Of a stretch of DNA of 64,000 bases, positions 11,801 through 25,483 are shown one piece after another (the first letter of the stretch is position 1; each line of letters opens with the position of its first letter). Below the pieces are notes generated by a model. That model searched no databases. It worked only from the letters and a program-made list of their open reading frames with translations, and was not told where the DNA came from. The stretch is taken from the NCBI RefSeq assembly GCF_009914755.1, contig NC_060928.1; one strand, 5' to 3'. This stretch comes from the human T2T-CHM13v2.0 reference genome, Homo sapiens. A program made the translations under genes and the position numbers.

Positions 11801-13074
11801 AGCTAAAATTCCCAGCTCCTCTTAGGATAGTCCTTGTGCCCTTTATCTCCATCCCTTCTTGTCATTTTTCTTCTCTCCCTCCATCCCTCCCTTGTTCTCT
11901 CCACCTCCTTGTCGGTAATACTACTTAGCAGCCACTCCGGCAAGCCTTCAGGCCCCCACTGCCCTGCAGGCCAGCCCTGCTGAGCGTGGCTGGGCTCGCT
12001 CACTTATCTGGGAGTTGGCTGGTTGTCAGATAGTCTAGGGTGTCTTCGCCAGGACAGCTGTGCTACTCACACTGCCCAGTGTCTCACTGTCTAGTGCTGC
12101 CTGGGCATCTTCCCATGGCAAAGTAGATGAGCACCTGTGTATGTTGGAGTTGTAGAAATAAAAAGATATTTTGGAAACATCATTTTGTCATTTAGCTCTT
12201 CATTCTGGTAGAGTAGAATCAGAGCTGACAGCGCCAGGTGAGATAGCTTTAGTTACTTCTTAAACCAACCCTCAGCAGTGCAACTTAGGACAAATCAGGT
12301 GAATAGAAAGTAACATGACTATATCACCTGTAAAGGCCGCCTATCTCTCAACAAATGATTCGACGGGCAGCTCTGTAATATCTAAAACATGGCCATTTCT
12401 ACTGATAACCCAGTTATCAATTTCCTGATTTTTTTAGGGAATGAATAATACAGGGTCTGGGACCTAATTTGTGGTTTAGAGTCTACTGATATTTTTCAGC
12501 TCAATACTGAGCAGCAGAAAGGGGAGTGGTGATAGGTAATAGTTGGGATACTGTCTATTCCCTCTCCTTTTGCACAGATGACAGCATTACTCACATAATG
12601 CTCAGAATGCTCAATGCTGAGATAAAGGTGCCATGGACATTGGTGCTGCCTAAGTGCTTTATTCATGAGCCGTGAAGGGAACTTAACCAGACGAGAATAA
12701 ACAAGCTAGGATCTTGATGCCAATGATTACATTTTTACTTATCTTTCCGTTAAACATAAGCAAACATCTTCCATTAGCTGCCATACAGTTGAGCGTCCCA
12801 GAAAATTTAAATGTCCTCGTTGTGTGGAATGGATATTAACCACATTAAGTACTTAAACAACTGACTGCTGGGACAAAATCTTTCCTGGTGAGGTTCACCT
12901 GGTGTGAGGGTCTGATAACCAGGCAGCTCTTGAGTGCAGAGGGCAGAGGGAAGAGTTTGGGGCTGTGGTGAATTGACAGTATTAATTGCCCTGATTCTTC
13001 ATCGGTGGCACAGATGTGGCTCATTCAGTTACATCCAGTCATCATTTATTGAACCTCTTATTCATGTCAGGTGC

Positions 13075-13868
13075 TGTTTTGGGTGAGCAATTCTCTCAAA
13101 ATTATGCCCGCCCAGAACCTCAGAATGCGACCATATTTGGAAATAGGGTCTTTGTATACGTAAGTAGTTAAGCAACTTGAGATAAAATCCTGGATTTAGA
13201 ATGGCCTTATAAGAAGAGAAAACAGAGACAGACACATAAAGGGGAAGGCCATGTGAGGACAGAGGCAGAGGTTGGAGCCATGCAGCTGCAAGTCAGGGAA
13301 GGCCAAGGATGGCTGATGATATGGTTTGGCTGTGTTCCCACCCAAATCGCATCTTGAATTATAGCTCCCATACTTCCCACGTGTCGTGGTAGGGACCTCG
13401 TGGGAGGTAATTGAATCATGGGGGTGGGTTTTTCCCAGCTGTTCTCGTGATAGTAAATAAGTCTCACGAGATCTGATGGTTTTATAAAGGAGAGTTCCCC
13501 TACACGAGCTCTCTTGCCTGTTACCATATAAGATGTGACTTTGCTCCTCAGTCACCTTCCACCATGATTGTGAGGCCTCCCCAGCCATGTGGGACTGTGA
13601 GTCAGTTAAACTTCTTTCCTTTATAAATTACCCAGTGTCAGGTATATGTTTATTAGCAGCGTGAAAACAGACTAATACAGCTGGCAACTCCCAGAAGCCA
13701 GAAGAGACAAGGACAGATCCTCCCCTAGCACCTTCACAGGGAGCATGGTCCTGAGGACACCTTCCCTTTGGACTTCTGGCCTCCAGAACTGTGAGGCAAT
13801 GAATTTCTGTTGTTTTAAGCCATGTAATTGGTGGTAGCTTGTTACAACTGTCCTAGGAAACGTATACA
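13075..13868 (+). mobile_element. MLT1B/C MaLR LTR split by a THE1 LTR
   Basis: cagaacctcagaatgcgaccatatttggaaatagggtcttt before the THE1; resumes at 13680 and ends ctaggaaacgtataca. Confidence 0.8.
13317..13679 (+). mobile_element. THE1B/C solo LTR
   Basis: tgatatggtttggctgtg...gcagcgtgaaaacagactaataca, 363 bp; 5-bp TSD gctga/gctgg. Confidence 0.9.
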
Positions 13869-15429
13869 TTGGGAATGCAGGAAGGAGGTATGCATAAGGC
13901 GGTGTTTGCTTTCGAGGAATCGATAGTTTAATTCTTATTGTCTCTCAAACATGTGTTTGATTCTTTTCTTGTCCTGAATTCCACATTTCCACCAGCATCC
14001 AAATTATCTTCTGTCCTGAGGTTTTTGCTGTGTAATATTTTCCTGTATGAATTAGGCATATGATTTCCTGAGTGCTTATAGATTCAGTGTTTTTGCTGGT
14101 AAGAGTGTGGAGCGAGGGGTAAAAAGAGGTTTTAAGGCTTTACAAAACACATTAATCAACTAGAAAGCAAAGCAGTTTTTAATGAGGCAACAAGAGGTGG
14201 TTGCAGCTCAGCTTAGCAAATACTGGCTGTCTACTTCGTACCAGGCAGTGCCTCAGGCACATGGGGAGTAAACAGGGAGTGGAGGAAAAGTCTCTTCTGA
14301 ACAACTGATCGGCTACTGGCCCTGGCCAGCCAGAATGGATACTGGCCAGGAGCTGAATCTCTCTCTGGCTGCTACCGGCTCAGGATATGAATGTGAATGA
14401 GGTGAGAAAGGGAAGCTGTGTGCAGACTGCTCTAATCAGAGCCATGAATGTTAGTATTGACCTGTGAACAGGGTGCAGTTGGAATTTCTGGGGTAAAACG
14501 TCACCTTCAGCATTTGAAGCAAAGGACATACACGTAGTTTCTCAGTGTGTATTGCCTGGAGAGCTGTCGATTCCAGCCCTTGTGTAGCCTGTGAGACTGT
14601 GGCCTTGAACTAATAGATTATCTGCTGAGAGGCAAAATCGCACACCTAAATAGTCATGTCCATAAGTTATGGGGAAGGCAAGAGACTGATATTTATTGAA
14701 TGCTTTTCATGTTAGGCAGTGAGCTTTATGGCTTTTATGTTGTTACAAGTAACTCCAATCCACTCAGGAATTTACTTTGGAGTCTAGTGAAAGGAGAGAC
14801 ATTCATTTTATTTTATTATATTTTTCCCCAGTAGCTAGCCAGTTCTTGCCCTGCTCACTGAATAACTCTTCTCTTCTTTATTGGAGTCCAACCTAGGTCT
14901 GTTAACGTCCAAAGCTGTTTTCTTCCCTCCACCTTCCTCAAGCTCTGGTGGACATTTTTGTGACTAGGTTTCTGGTAGAATACACATCACTAGAGGTTTT
15001 GTCTCTCTTGTTCATTGTAGGCGTCTTATCCTGTGCAATGACTATTTGTTGAATGAATAAACTATGTATTCTTATATCTGGTAGGATGAAACTTTTCTCT
15101 TCAAAACTTATTTGGCAGAACATTTGACCTATTCTCACCTATTTATTCTCCTAAGAATAATTTTGTCAATTTTGGGGAACAACCTTGATTATAATTATGT
15201 TAAATGTGAACACGAACTTGAGAGGAACTGACATATCTCTTGTGTGCCTCAACCTTTAGTACCTTACCGCATTAATCACCTTAACAACCCTAAGAAGTAG
15301 GTATCATTGTGCCTATTTTATCAATGACTATGGTGAGATACTTCCTGAAGATATCCTTAACTCCCTAGGCAGAAGTGACCCTCTCATTGCAAATGTGTAC
15401 AGCCAGCACTCCTTTGGATTTCTCCCATT

Positions 15430-16020
15430 CAATATTTATTCATTCACTTGTTCTTTCTTTTTTTATTCAGTAAATATTTATTGAGTGCCTATTATATGCC
15501 AGGCACTGTTCTAGGTGCTTGGGATGCTGAAATGAATGAAACAGGCAAAACTCAGTCCTCAAGGAGTTGACATCCCAAAGGAGAGGTGCAGACAATAAAC
15601 AAGTCAGTAGGAGGACAATAAATATTTCTGATCATGACAATTCCTAAAACAGAAATAAAAAATACAAAAGAAACGGCAGTGAGGTAGGGAGTACCAAGGG
15701 AGGTGACCCAAATAGGGTGGTCAGGGAAGACCTCTCACCTTCTCCGGCGGGGGGAGGCCTGGGGGATGGGAAGGAGTCAGCACTGGGGCACCATGACCAG
15801 GCGTTCCAGGCAGAGGGACAGCAGGGCAAAGGCTCTATGATAGTAGAGTGCCTGGGCTGTGAGGCACAGCCAGGAGCCATGGGTGGCTGAAACACACTGT
15901 GGTGAGAGCAAGGAGAGTGACGGTGGGGAGGTTTGGCGGGAGGGGTGACTGGGTTCTTCTAGGCCATGGTGAGGAGCATGGATCTTATTTCATGCACAAT
16001 GCCATGCTACTGAAGAATCC
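15430..16020 (-). mobile_element. L2 3' fragment
   Basis: attcagtaaatatttattgagtgcctattatatgccaggcactgttctaggtgct is the L2 3' terminus in antisense. Confidence 0.75.
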
Positions 16021-17420
16021 AAACCGGGCTTGGGCTGTCGGCTTTGAGAAGGTAGGCAAAAGGCAAAGAAAGTAATCTCTTGGCCTTGGACCTGTGAACA
16101 AACTCAGCACCCTGGAACCAATAGGTTCACACCAAGAGGACACCTTCCTGAGAACTGCAGTGGTCTAATCTGTTGTCCAAAATAACCCCTTTCCAAAACC
16201 TGAAGTCCCTGGGAGGCCAAATCAGGCATTGGAGAGCAACTTGGTAAACAAAGGGAGGTGAGGCCGCTTGAGCAATGGTTTTTTAAGGCGCTGCTGAGGC
16301 CTGACCCATTCCTGCCTGAGGAAATGTCTACCAATCCAGTGGGTTAATCCTTCCTCCACCCTGCCCCACTCATCCCTTCCACTCATACTTCTGTCTTGCT
16401 GTTCCTGGAACTCATCTTGCTATTTCATGCCACTGTTGAAGATTTTCCTGAAATCCTTTCTTCTTCTCATCCCCTGGGAAATTTTTGTTATTCCTCATGT
16501 ATATGCTCAGTGTCTTGTGCTTTTCAAAACTTTCCCTGATGGTCCCAAGAGGATGGAGTGGATTCTTCTCCCTGACCTTGTGCCTGACTCTGCCGCTGCA
16601 CCCGTCACCCCCTTTTGATGTCTGCCAGGACCTGGGCATGCCTCTGCTAGGCAGAGGATCCTTGGGAGCAGAGCCATCACATCTGAAGTCCTCTACTCCT
16701 ATCAGGGAACTCAGAAAATTTGAGGAGAACAGACCTAAATCCAGTAATGAGAATGCCCCTTTCACTGCTTCCCACGTGTGCACAGGCTGCACCAGCACTA
16801 AGGGCTTGCTCTGCCTCCCCCTTTTCCAGGCTGATGTCTGACCACTCACCCCATCTTTTCAATCAGCTTTCGTCAGGCAGGCTGAGATCGCTGTACAATC
16901 ACTGAGATCCTGCTTCCCTAGTTACCGTCATGTGGCAATTTTATCTCCACCTGATTACATCTAAGATGCTTTGATTGAAGTTTGAATATTTCCAAACAGC
17001 TTAAACAAACATCAACAGACCATATTTTTCGTTCTCCTCCTCAGAACCCTGTAGTACTTTCTCATCATGTTTGAAAAACTTCCTAGAGCCCTTACCCCAG
17101 CCTGTGAAGCCCTGCATGGCCAGCTCATGACCTCTCCTCTGACCCTGGCTTTCCCACTTTCTCTCCTTCCTACACAGCAGTCCAGCCATCCTTGCCTGCC
17201 TGCTGCTCCTGGGGACTGTCATGCATGTTTTTTGCCAAGGGCCTTTGCACATGCTGTTCTCTCTGCCTGAAATAACCATCCTCCTCATATCAGCATGGCA
17301 TCTTCTGTCACTTTATTTATGGATCTGCTCTATTATCCTCTTTTTAGAAAGGCTTGCCCTGACCACCCTGTCTAAAATTGCAGCTCCTGCCCCCAACACA
17401 ATCACTATCACCTTACCTGA

Positions 17421-18341
17421 TGTAGAAGGAAGAATAACTGCTCCTCAAATATAACTGTGTCTTAAATGTTGGAATCTGTATACATTACATGGCAAAAGGG
17501 ACTTTTTAGATGAGATTAACTGAAGGATTTGAGATGGGGGAGAGCATCCTGGATTGTACAGGTAGCCTTTAATGTAATCAGAGTCCTCATAAGAGGGAGG
17601 CATTTGGTTTTCTGTTCCTGTGTTAGTTTGCATGGGGTAATGGCCTCCAGCTCCATCCATCTTGCTGCAAAGAACATGATCTTCCTCTTTTTATGGCTGT
17701 GTAGTATTCCTTGGTGTATATGTACCATATTTTCTTTATCCAGTCTATTGTTGATAGACATTTAGGTTGGTTCTAGGTCTTTGCTATTGTGAATAGTGCT
17801 GCAATGGACATTTGTGTGCATATGTCTTTATAGTATGATTTATATTTCTTTGGGTATCACTTATAAGTGGGAGCTGAACAATAAAAACACATGGACACAA
17901 AGAGGGGAACAACAAACACTGGGTGGAGGGAGAGGATCAAAAAGCTACCTATTAGGAACTATGCTTACTACCTGGGTGATGACATAATCTATACACCAAT
18001 GCCCTGTGACATGCAGTTTACCTAAGTAACAAACCTGAACTTGCACCCGGAACCTAAAATAAAAAATAAATAAAAGGGGATGCATAAGGGTGAGAGAAGA
18101 TGTGACAACCAAAGCAGAAGTCGCAGTAATATGGGATCACAAGCTGAGGAATGTGACACCTCTGGAAGCTGAAAAGACAAGCAGACAGATTTTCCCCAAG
18201 ATCTTCCAGAAGAAACACAGTCCTGCTGACAGCAGGATTTCAGCCCAGGGAGACTTCCAGGACTGTAAGATAATAAATTGATATTATTTAACCTACCAAG
18301 TATATGGCCATTTGTTATAGCAGCACCTGGAAATTCATACA
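17421..18341 (+). mobile_element. MLT1D-like LTR interrupted by an L1
   Basis: tgtagaaggaagaataa...ttacatggcaaaagggactttt..ggaaattcataca; TSD cctga/cctgg. Confidence 0.8.
17604..18072 (+). mobile_element. Short 5'-inverted (twin-primed) older L1PA insertion
   Basis: 17604-17857 is antisense L1 ORF2 end; 17858-18072 is sense 3'UTR with A tail. Degenerate TSD aagagggaggcat / aaaggggatgcat. Confidence 0.85.
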
Positions 18342-18364
18342 CCTGGATTTACTTTCATTCATAG

Positions 18365-18674
<310 letters not shown>

Positions 18675-19781
18675 AGAATTTACCACTTTCTGCCATTGAA
18701 TTGCAGATTTGTCTCCTTGCACCAGAAGGTCAGCTCCCCTGTTGTAGGTTCATTGTGTGTTTTGTTCACTGTTGGTTCCCGGTACGTAGTAGAGGGCCTG
18801 GAAGGCAACATATACTCAGTCATCATTTCAACAAGTGTATACCCACTCAGTAAAAATGTATTTATTCTCCCCAAAATATTTTTTGAATGAGTGACTAATG
18901 GAAGCTTTTCATGATAGATGCCTGCCACAGCTTGGTCAGCCCCCTTTCTGTGTAAACATCAACAATTTCCTGTAGAGAGGGTGATCTCATTTCCCACTCC
19001 CTCAGAGAGCTCCCTACCCATACTCCCACTACTCAATGTAGGTCATTCATTCATGCATATATGTCATTATCTTGAGTGAGTACTTAACACAGCACTACCT
19101 GCCTGGCACCTGGATTCAGCAATGAACAAGACTGTGGCTCTTTGTTAAGGGGTCATCTGGTTACCTGGATTATTTCTGTACTAAGGAGAGACAAACTCAG
19201 AAATAATCGCCATCATTATATGCTGATTATATAATAGTCTTATTCCAAGAAAAATCTTAGAGAGATGTTAGCTCATTGTACAGATGAAGAAACTGAGATT
19301 CTGAGATGTTAAGTGACTAGGTTGAAGGCCCATGGCTGGACCAGGGGATTGGGTGGCCACTCTTCAGTGGCTTCTGTTTACTGAGTTGCCCTTTTGCTAC
19401 GTCACTGTCTATGGCCCTCACCCTGACTTGGGGATGCAGGCATCACTACCTCCATTTTATTAAATGGAAAATCAAGGCTTGGAAGTTAACTTACGTCCTC
19501 AGGTTCACACTGACTCAAATAGTGGGGCTGGGTTTAAAACTTTGTTTAAACCTTTGTCCAGGGAACACCAAACCCTCCTTTTCATCCATGGCCTGACTCT
19601 CTCCCCATCAACAGATAGGACCTCTCTCTGCTGCAGCCCAATGACCCATACCTCAGATGCTTACAGAATCAGGCAGGAAACAGAGATGCATAAACTGGGC
19701 CAGGTGTGACAGTGGTGAATCAGAGAATATTGTGGAAGGGCATCGCAGGCCCAGATTTTTTTGGCAAATCTTCCAATTTCT

Positions 19782-20163
19782 TGCGGTTTTAACGTGTTCC
19801 CCAAAGTTTATGTGTTGGAAACTAAATTGCTAATGAAACAGTGTTGAGAGGAGAGGCCTAATAAAAGGTGATTAGGCCATGAAATCTCTGCCCTTATGAA
19901 GGGACTGCTGTCATTATCATGGGAGTAGATTAGTTATCACAAGAGTGAATTACAAAAGCAAGCTTAGCCCCCTCTTGCTTCTTTGTTATCTTGCGCTCTC
20001 CTGCCCTTCCTCTGTGGGATGATGCAGAAAGAAGGCCCTCATCAGATGCCAGCACCTTAATTTTGGACTTCTTAGCCTCCAGAACTGTGAAAAAATAATT
20101 AAAAATAAATAAATTACCCAGTCTGTGGCATTCTGTGATAGCAACACAAAACAGACTAAGGCA
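19782..20163 (+). mobile_element. MST-type MaLR solo LTR
   Basis: ccccaaagtttatgtgttggaaac...gaaggccctcatcagatgccagcacc...gcaacacaaaacagactaaggca. Confidence 0.8.
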
Positions 20164-21074
20164 TGTCAGAAACCAGGATTTGGGGGTGACATTGTCTAAT
20201 TTTTAAATACTGTAACTTATTCAAAACAATTTTAATCATTGGACTAGCCAGACTAAACACACGCATGACCCACCCATGTGCAAACTTGTGCCCAGCACCA
20301 ACTCTGCAAGGAATGAGCCGCAGGTTTCAGGTTTTTAGGAGGGCAGGAACGGGATGTTTGCTTACTTTTCTTGCTTGATGCCCACAGTGCTTAAATGCAT
20401 GTGTTTGTACAGGATGTGGACTGTGGTTTACTTTCCATTAGAGATTGTTTGAAAGAGTTACTAGCCATCTTGAAAGTTCACTCTTGGCTGTTTGAATAAA
20501 CAGCTTCATGAATATTGCAATGTTGAAAGCGTGCTATGAAATTCATTAGAAATAACTGGTCTAGTGGAAATGAGAAAAGAGCCCACTGGCATGTAAAGTA
20601 GGACAACCAGATTTACCCAGTGTGATCAATCACCATCAATAACTAATTAGCACTAATACACTTCCAGATTTATCAGTCGTGGAATATTTTGTCATGATTT
20701 AATCAGACCAGTGTTGTATCACAAGGGTGAAATATGAGGAAAAGCCACTAACATAGAATAATATTCATAGCAATACCTAAATGCTTAACCTTTATTAATT
20801 AAGATACCATGTACAACACTATGAGGTAGGTGTTGTATTTTACCCATTATATAGGTGTGGAGGCTGATGCACAGAGAGCCTGAGTGACTTCCCCAACATC
20901 ACCCAGCCACAGCCACTGAGTGTTGGAGTGAGAATCCAAATCCAGGCAGCCTGGCTCCTATGTTGTTGTCCCAAATAACTCTTGTTCTTTGGCCTCTTAG
21001 TAAAATGACAGTGGGGCTGGAAATTTAACAATAAAATAGTTAGCATTTACTAAGCCGCTGCTATGTGCCTGGCT

Positions 21075-21500
21075 TTGAGTATCAGAAAAGAATGTTTCTA
21101 GCTTCTAGTAATAGACAACCTGACCCACTGAACAAATAAAATTGTTTTGTTATTTTTCCTAATATATTAAGTCCCAAGGTAAGTGGTTGCTGGCCTGTGT
21201 TCAGAGGCTCACAAGAAGGAGTGGCTTCCCTGCATCTGTCTTGATCCTTTGCTCATGTTTTTGGCTTTATAGTCACAAGATGGTTGTTGCAGCTCCAGAT
21301 ATCACGTCCACATTGAAGGCAGGAAGAAGTGGTAGAGTGGAAGGGCTACTCCAGCTCAGTGTGCCCCTTTCCTCACATACACAAAAAATGCTTTCCCAAA
21401 AATGTCTCCATCTCATTGATTAGATCTCATTGATTAGATCTGGATCACAAGGTCACTGCTGGCTGCACAGTGGCTGGAAAAGTGGGGAACACAATTGTCC
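21075..21500 (-). mobile_element. Ancient MLT1 (J/K/L-like) LTR
   Basis: tcacaagatggttgttgcagctccagatatcacgtccacattgaaggcaggaagaag; a related copy lies at ~46825-47275. Confidence 0.6.
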
Positions 21501-21511
21501 GGATTAATTAG

Positions 21512-21678
21512 ATCGGTAGTTCCCAAAGTGCAGTCCCAGAACCATCAGCACCACCTAGAAACTTCTTAGAAATGCAAATTCTCTAATGCCTCCTTAGAAA
21601 TTCAGGAGGTGAATTCAGGAGGTGGTACACACTGATCTCTTAACAAGGTTCCAGGTGATTCTGAAAACGCCACTGGAT
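21512..21678. mobile_element. MER5A hAT-Charlie element
   Basis: gttcccaaagtgcagtcccaga..cagcaccacctagaaacttcttagaaatgcaaattctc..ttaacaagg.tccaggtgattctg. Confidence 0.75.
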
Positions 21679-22091
21679 TTGATCAATTATGACTATTGGG
21701 GATTATCATTCATTGCCTGGGGCTGGCCACAGTGATCCCTAAGGAGAGCTGGGTTTTTGTTATCAAGAAAGAAGGGAGAATTGAGCCTGGCTGAGCAAAT
21801 AATGCCGCCAATGTGTTGTTCCATTGTCTTCATGATGCCTGGCAAGGCAGGTGCCACTGTCCTTGTGTTTTTGGCAAGGACACTGACACTCCTTTGCCTT
21901 TGCAGCAGTGCGTTTCCCATTTCTACCCTAGTGGTACACTTTTAGCGGTGTAACCCTTTGCAGCTCTCTCTAAGAGTCTGGTGGTGAGATACCACTTTTC
22001 AAGAATGTACTTCACCTCCAATCCGATCACTCTGCTAGCCCAAGCAGTGCTTGTGGCTTCCTCAGATGGAATGGGTTCCTGTTCAGAAACC

Positions 22092-22199
22092 AAGGGTGCC
22101 AAACTGGTTTTCCCCAGACTGGGTAGTTTTCAAGGATGCAGAACTTCCCATACTAAAACCAGGAAGATTCCAAGGAAACCAGGACAAGATGGTCACCCA
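22092..22199. mobile_element. MER81-like hAT-Blackjack MITE
   Basis: agggtgcca...ctaaaaccaggaagattccaaggaaaccaggacaagatggtcaccca; inverted ends aggg(t)g / caccc. Confidence 0.65.
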
Positions 22200-24019
22200 A
22201 AGAAACCACTCTTCAACCCTCTCACACCCCCCAGCCAATTCTTCCTACTCTGAGCAAACAACCTCACGTGACAGTACGATTCTAGGACCCATTATTGGCT
22301 TGGCATTTTCATTGACTGAAGCCATTTTAATCTGTTCATCAACCAAGTGTTAACTTTTCACTTATTCAAAGTGTCTTCTTTTAGGTGCTATTATGTCAGT
22401 GTCAGTGTAGTACACCCCAGGGAGATGCCAAATAAATAGGAACCACAGGCCGTGTGCGCAAAGTCATCTACATCCAATCTAGTCCAAGAAGCAGACAAGC
22501 ATTCATTAAGTGCCTTTTTGCCCCATACATTGTTAGTTTCCCCAAAGGAGCCCACAATTTTGTAGGGGATATGGATGACATGGGTGAGTGGGAATATTTA
22601 CAATGTTATAACACTAATTATTAAAGTAATAATGGCTTTTGGCATTTGACCATTTATTCAGTAATTAACACCTCCCTCCAGTTAGGAGACATGACAGAGG
22701 AGGAGGTTGATAGAGAACCAAGTCTCACCTCTACAGCGATAAAGCTGTGGCCAAGGAATGTAACTCAGGAAGGCAGTAATCATGCACTCCCTAATGCTGA
22801 AGCCTAGAATTAGCTGGACTTTCCCACCTGGCCAATGCTCAATCTGGACCCCACAGACCTCTCCTCATGGCAGCTGGTCCTGAAAAGCTTCTGGCAAGAA
22901 GGAGCAGAAGAGAGGCCACTCCCTAAAGTCAGACTCCACAGAGAGGGCACAGTGAGCATCAGTATGCTGGTGCCATTCCTTTTCCAGTTCACCACTCGGA
23001 TAACTTGCACCACCTTGGATGGGGCAAGAGGCCACGGATGTGTAAGGTATCCCAACTGGAAGAAACCAGAAAAGAGGGAGGGGAATTGCTCCTCACCCCC
23101 AACACAGAGCTAGCACTTTGAAAGGTTGTAGTGTGCCAGGCATGATTCTGAGCTCTTTATGGAAGGTAGGCCCCATTTTCCCTATTTTACAAATGAGATA
23201 ACTGAGGCACACAGAGGCTAAATGATGCCGCTAATGACAGACTGACTGAATAGAGCTGTATTGTGGACCTGAGCAGACTGGCTCCAGGGAATGTCCTCCC
23301 AAACTGTTAGATGTCTACAGAAGGTTCAGAGTTAACTCTAAGGAAAAAAATGGTTAGTTGGGGGTTGGGGAAAAGCTTCCCAAGAGAGCAAGTGCATGAG
23401 CTGCGTGTCAAAGGCCAATGAAAAGTTTTTCCCAAAATAAGGTGTGTTGGAGAAATGGTCTTGCAGGCAAGGGAAACAGCAGCATGAAGATATGGTGCTA
23501 TTCAGGGAACCCGTGATGTTCATTGCTGATTTGAGGACCCGACAGTGGTACCTGCCCCGTGGGGACCTCGGGAGTTTCTCGACAGGACATGTGCATTTCC
23601 TAGCATGCTGCTGGTTACATAACAAGCTGCAGTCCAAGCTCATTGCTTTTTTTCCCTCTTCTCTGATCTTTGGTGAATGAGTAAGAAGTGAAAATATGAA
23701 ATCTCTTTCTTGGCAAGTTATCCTGAAAGGAAATAAATCTAAATCAAAGAACCAAGGTTTTAGTAAGTTAACCATTAACTCCGTCTCTCTATTCTAAGCA
23801 CGTTAGGCATTCGACCTCACGCTGGATTCTGACTTTGGCTTGGCAGGGACACAACTCAGCATAATTATCCTCCATTGCATAAGTTTAATATACAAGGAAC
23901 TAATTGTATTCATTTACTTCCTCACATCCTTGCTTCCATTATGTGGTGAACTAATCAATTCACTTCATTTTTTTTTTTGTAAATAACATATCTTTTCTAG
24001 TTATTGGAAACTGGCTGTA

Positions 24020-25260
24020 ATTCAATCTAATTCAAAAATATTTACCAAACACTTATTATGTACCAGGAGTTGTGTTTGGCACTATGAATATGGAGATTAG
24101 TTCATTCAATCATTCCTCCTGTTAATGAATATTTATTGAACAGTAACTGTGTACTAAACACTGTGCTGAGTGCTAAGGGTACAACAGAAAAAAATAAACA
24201 TGGCCCTTGAACTCAGGGAGCTTAGAGTCTAGTAGGGAAAAGTGAACTTAATGAAATATACAAAGGTAAAATTACACAAAGCGATGTATTTTGGGGAAAG
24301 TTCCACAGTGCCATGAGAATGTATCGTAGGGAGCCAGACGTAGTCTGGAGGGTGAGGGAAGCCTTCTGAGGATGTAGAGAGAACAAGGGTAGGGCAAGGA
24401 GGAGAGCACTCAAGGCCTGGGAGTAGCTGCTCTCACGTGTCTGGCATTCAGTAGGTGATGGGAGTGAGCAGGGAAGGGAGGCAGGAGAAGCAGCTGGAGC
24501 CCTGCAGCCCTGGGGAAGGATTTCCTTTTTCCACTGAGAGCAATGGAGGGGACATCGGAGGGGAGGAAGCAGAGGACAAGCAAGATCACTCGGCTCCTCA
24601 CACATTTTCCTGAGTGGAAGAGTCAGGTGAGGATGTTGGGAGGCCACCATAGTGGTCCAGGGGACAGAAGATGGTGGATTAGACCAGAGCAGTGGCCATA
24701 GGGGTAGACAGGTGTGAGACACTGTGCAGAGACAACATGGAGCTACCTGATGAAAGACCGGATGTGGGGTAAGGGGAGACAGGAGTCAAGGATGAGTCCC
24801 AGGTTTTGCACATATAGGACCAGTGAACGTTGAGACCACTCATCCTGCATTCTGCTTTGGATCTGTTGAGTTCATGGTGGCTTTGGAACCTCCATGAGGA
24901 CCTGAGGGCAGGCATTGACACATACAGCCAAGGCTAGAGACACCTTGGAGAGCCACTGCCAATTAGGTGGTCATTGCAGCCTTTGGAGCCCATGACAAGA
25001 GAACAGTTGTAGGACAAAAGGCTTGACAGACTCTAGTGTTTAATGCCTGGGAGGACAAGGCTGAGTGTGCAGAAGGAAGTGAAGCATGAAGGGGAGAATT
25101 GAGAGAGTGAACAAGTCAAAGGAGGGGAGGATGTCCATGGGATTTACTGGCAAGGCCGTACATTGTTGACCTGTCTTGGTGTAGGGAAACATGTAGAAGC
25201 CAGGCAGAAGTGGGGTAGAGAGTGAAGCAGCAAGACTGCAGAGCCTCATCAAGAAGTGTG
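24020..25260 (-). mobile_element. L2 fragments
   Basis: L2 tails (aatatttattgaac..) and body (ggattagaccagagcagtggc..ggagtcaaggatgagtcccaggtttt). Confidence 0.7.
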
Positions 25261-25483
25261 GAGTGAAGGGAAGGCTTCAGATGGACAATTTGTGTGCTGG
25301 GGAAAAAATGGAATGTGCTGCAAATTCCCCTGTGGATAAGGGTGGACGGCTGCTCTGGCAAGTATAGTGCACCTGACCCAAGAGCCTTTGGAATAGGTGG
25401 GTAGGTACATAGGTAAGGATATTCAAGGAGCAATACCAGGTTTAGCAAATCTGACTTGTTTCCTTTTTTGTTTTCTTTTGCAG

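Noticed and set aside
23860-23965. Cluster of TAAT motifs upstream of exon 2
   Set aside because: AT-rich background makes the count unremarkable without conservation data.
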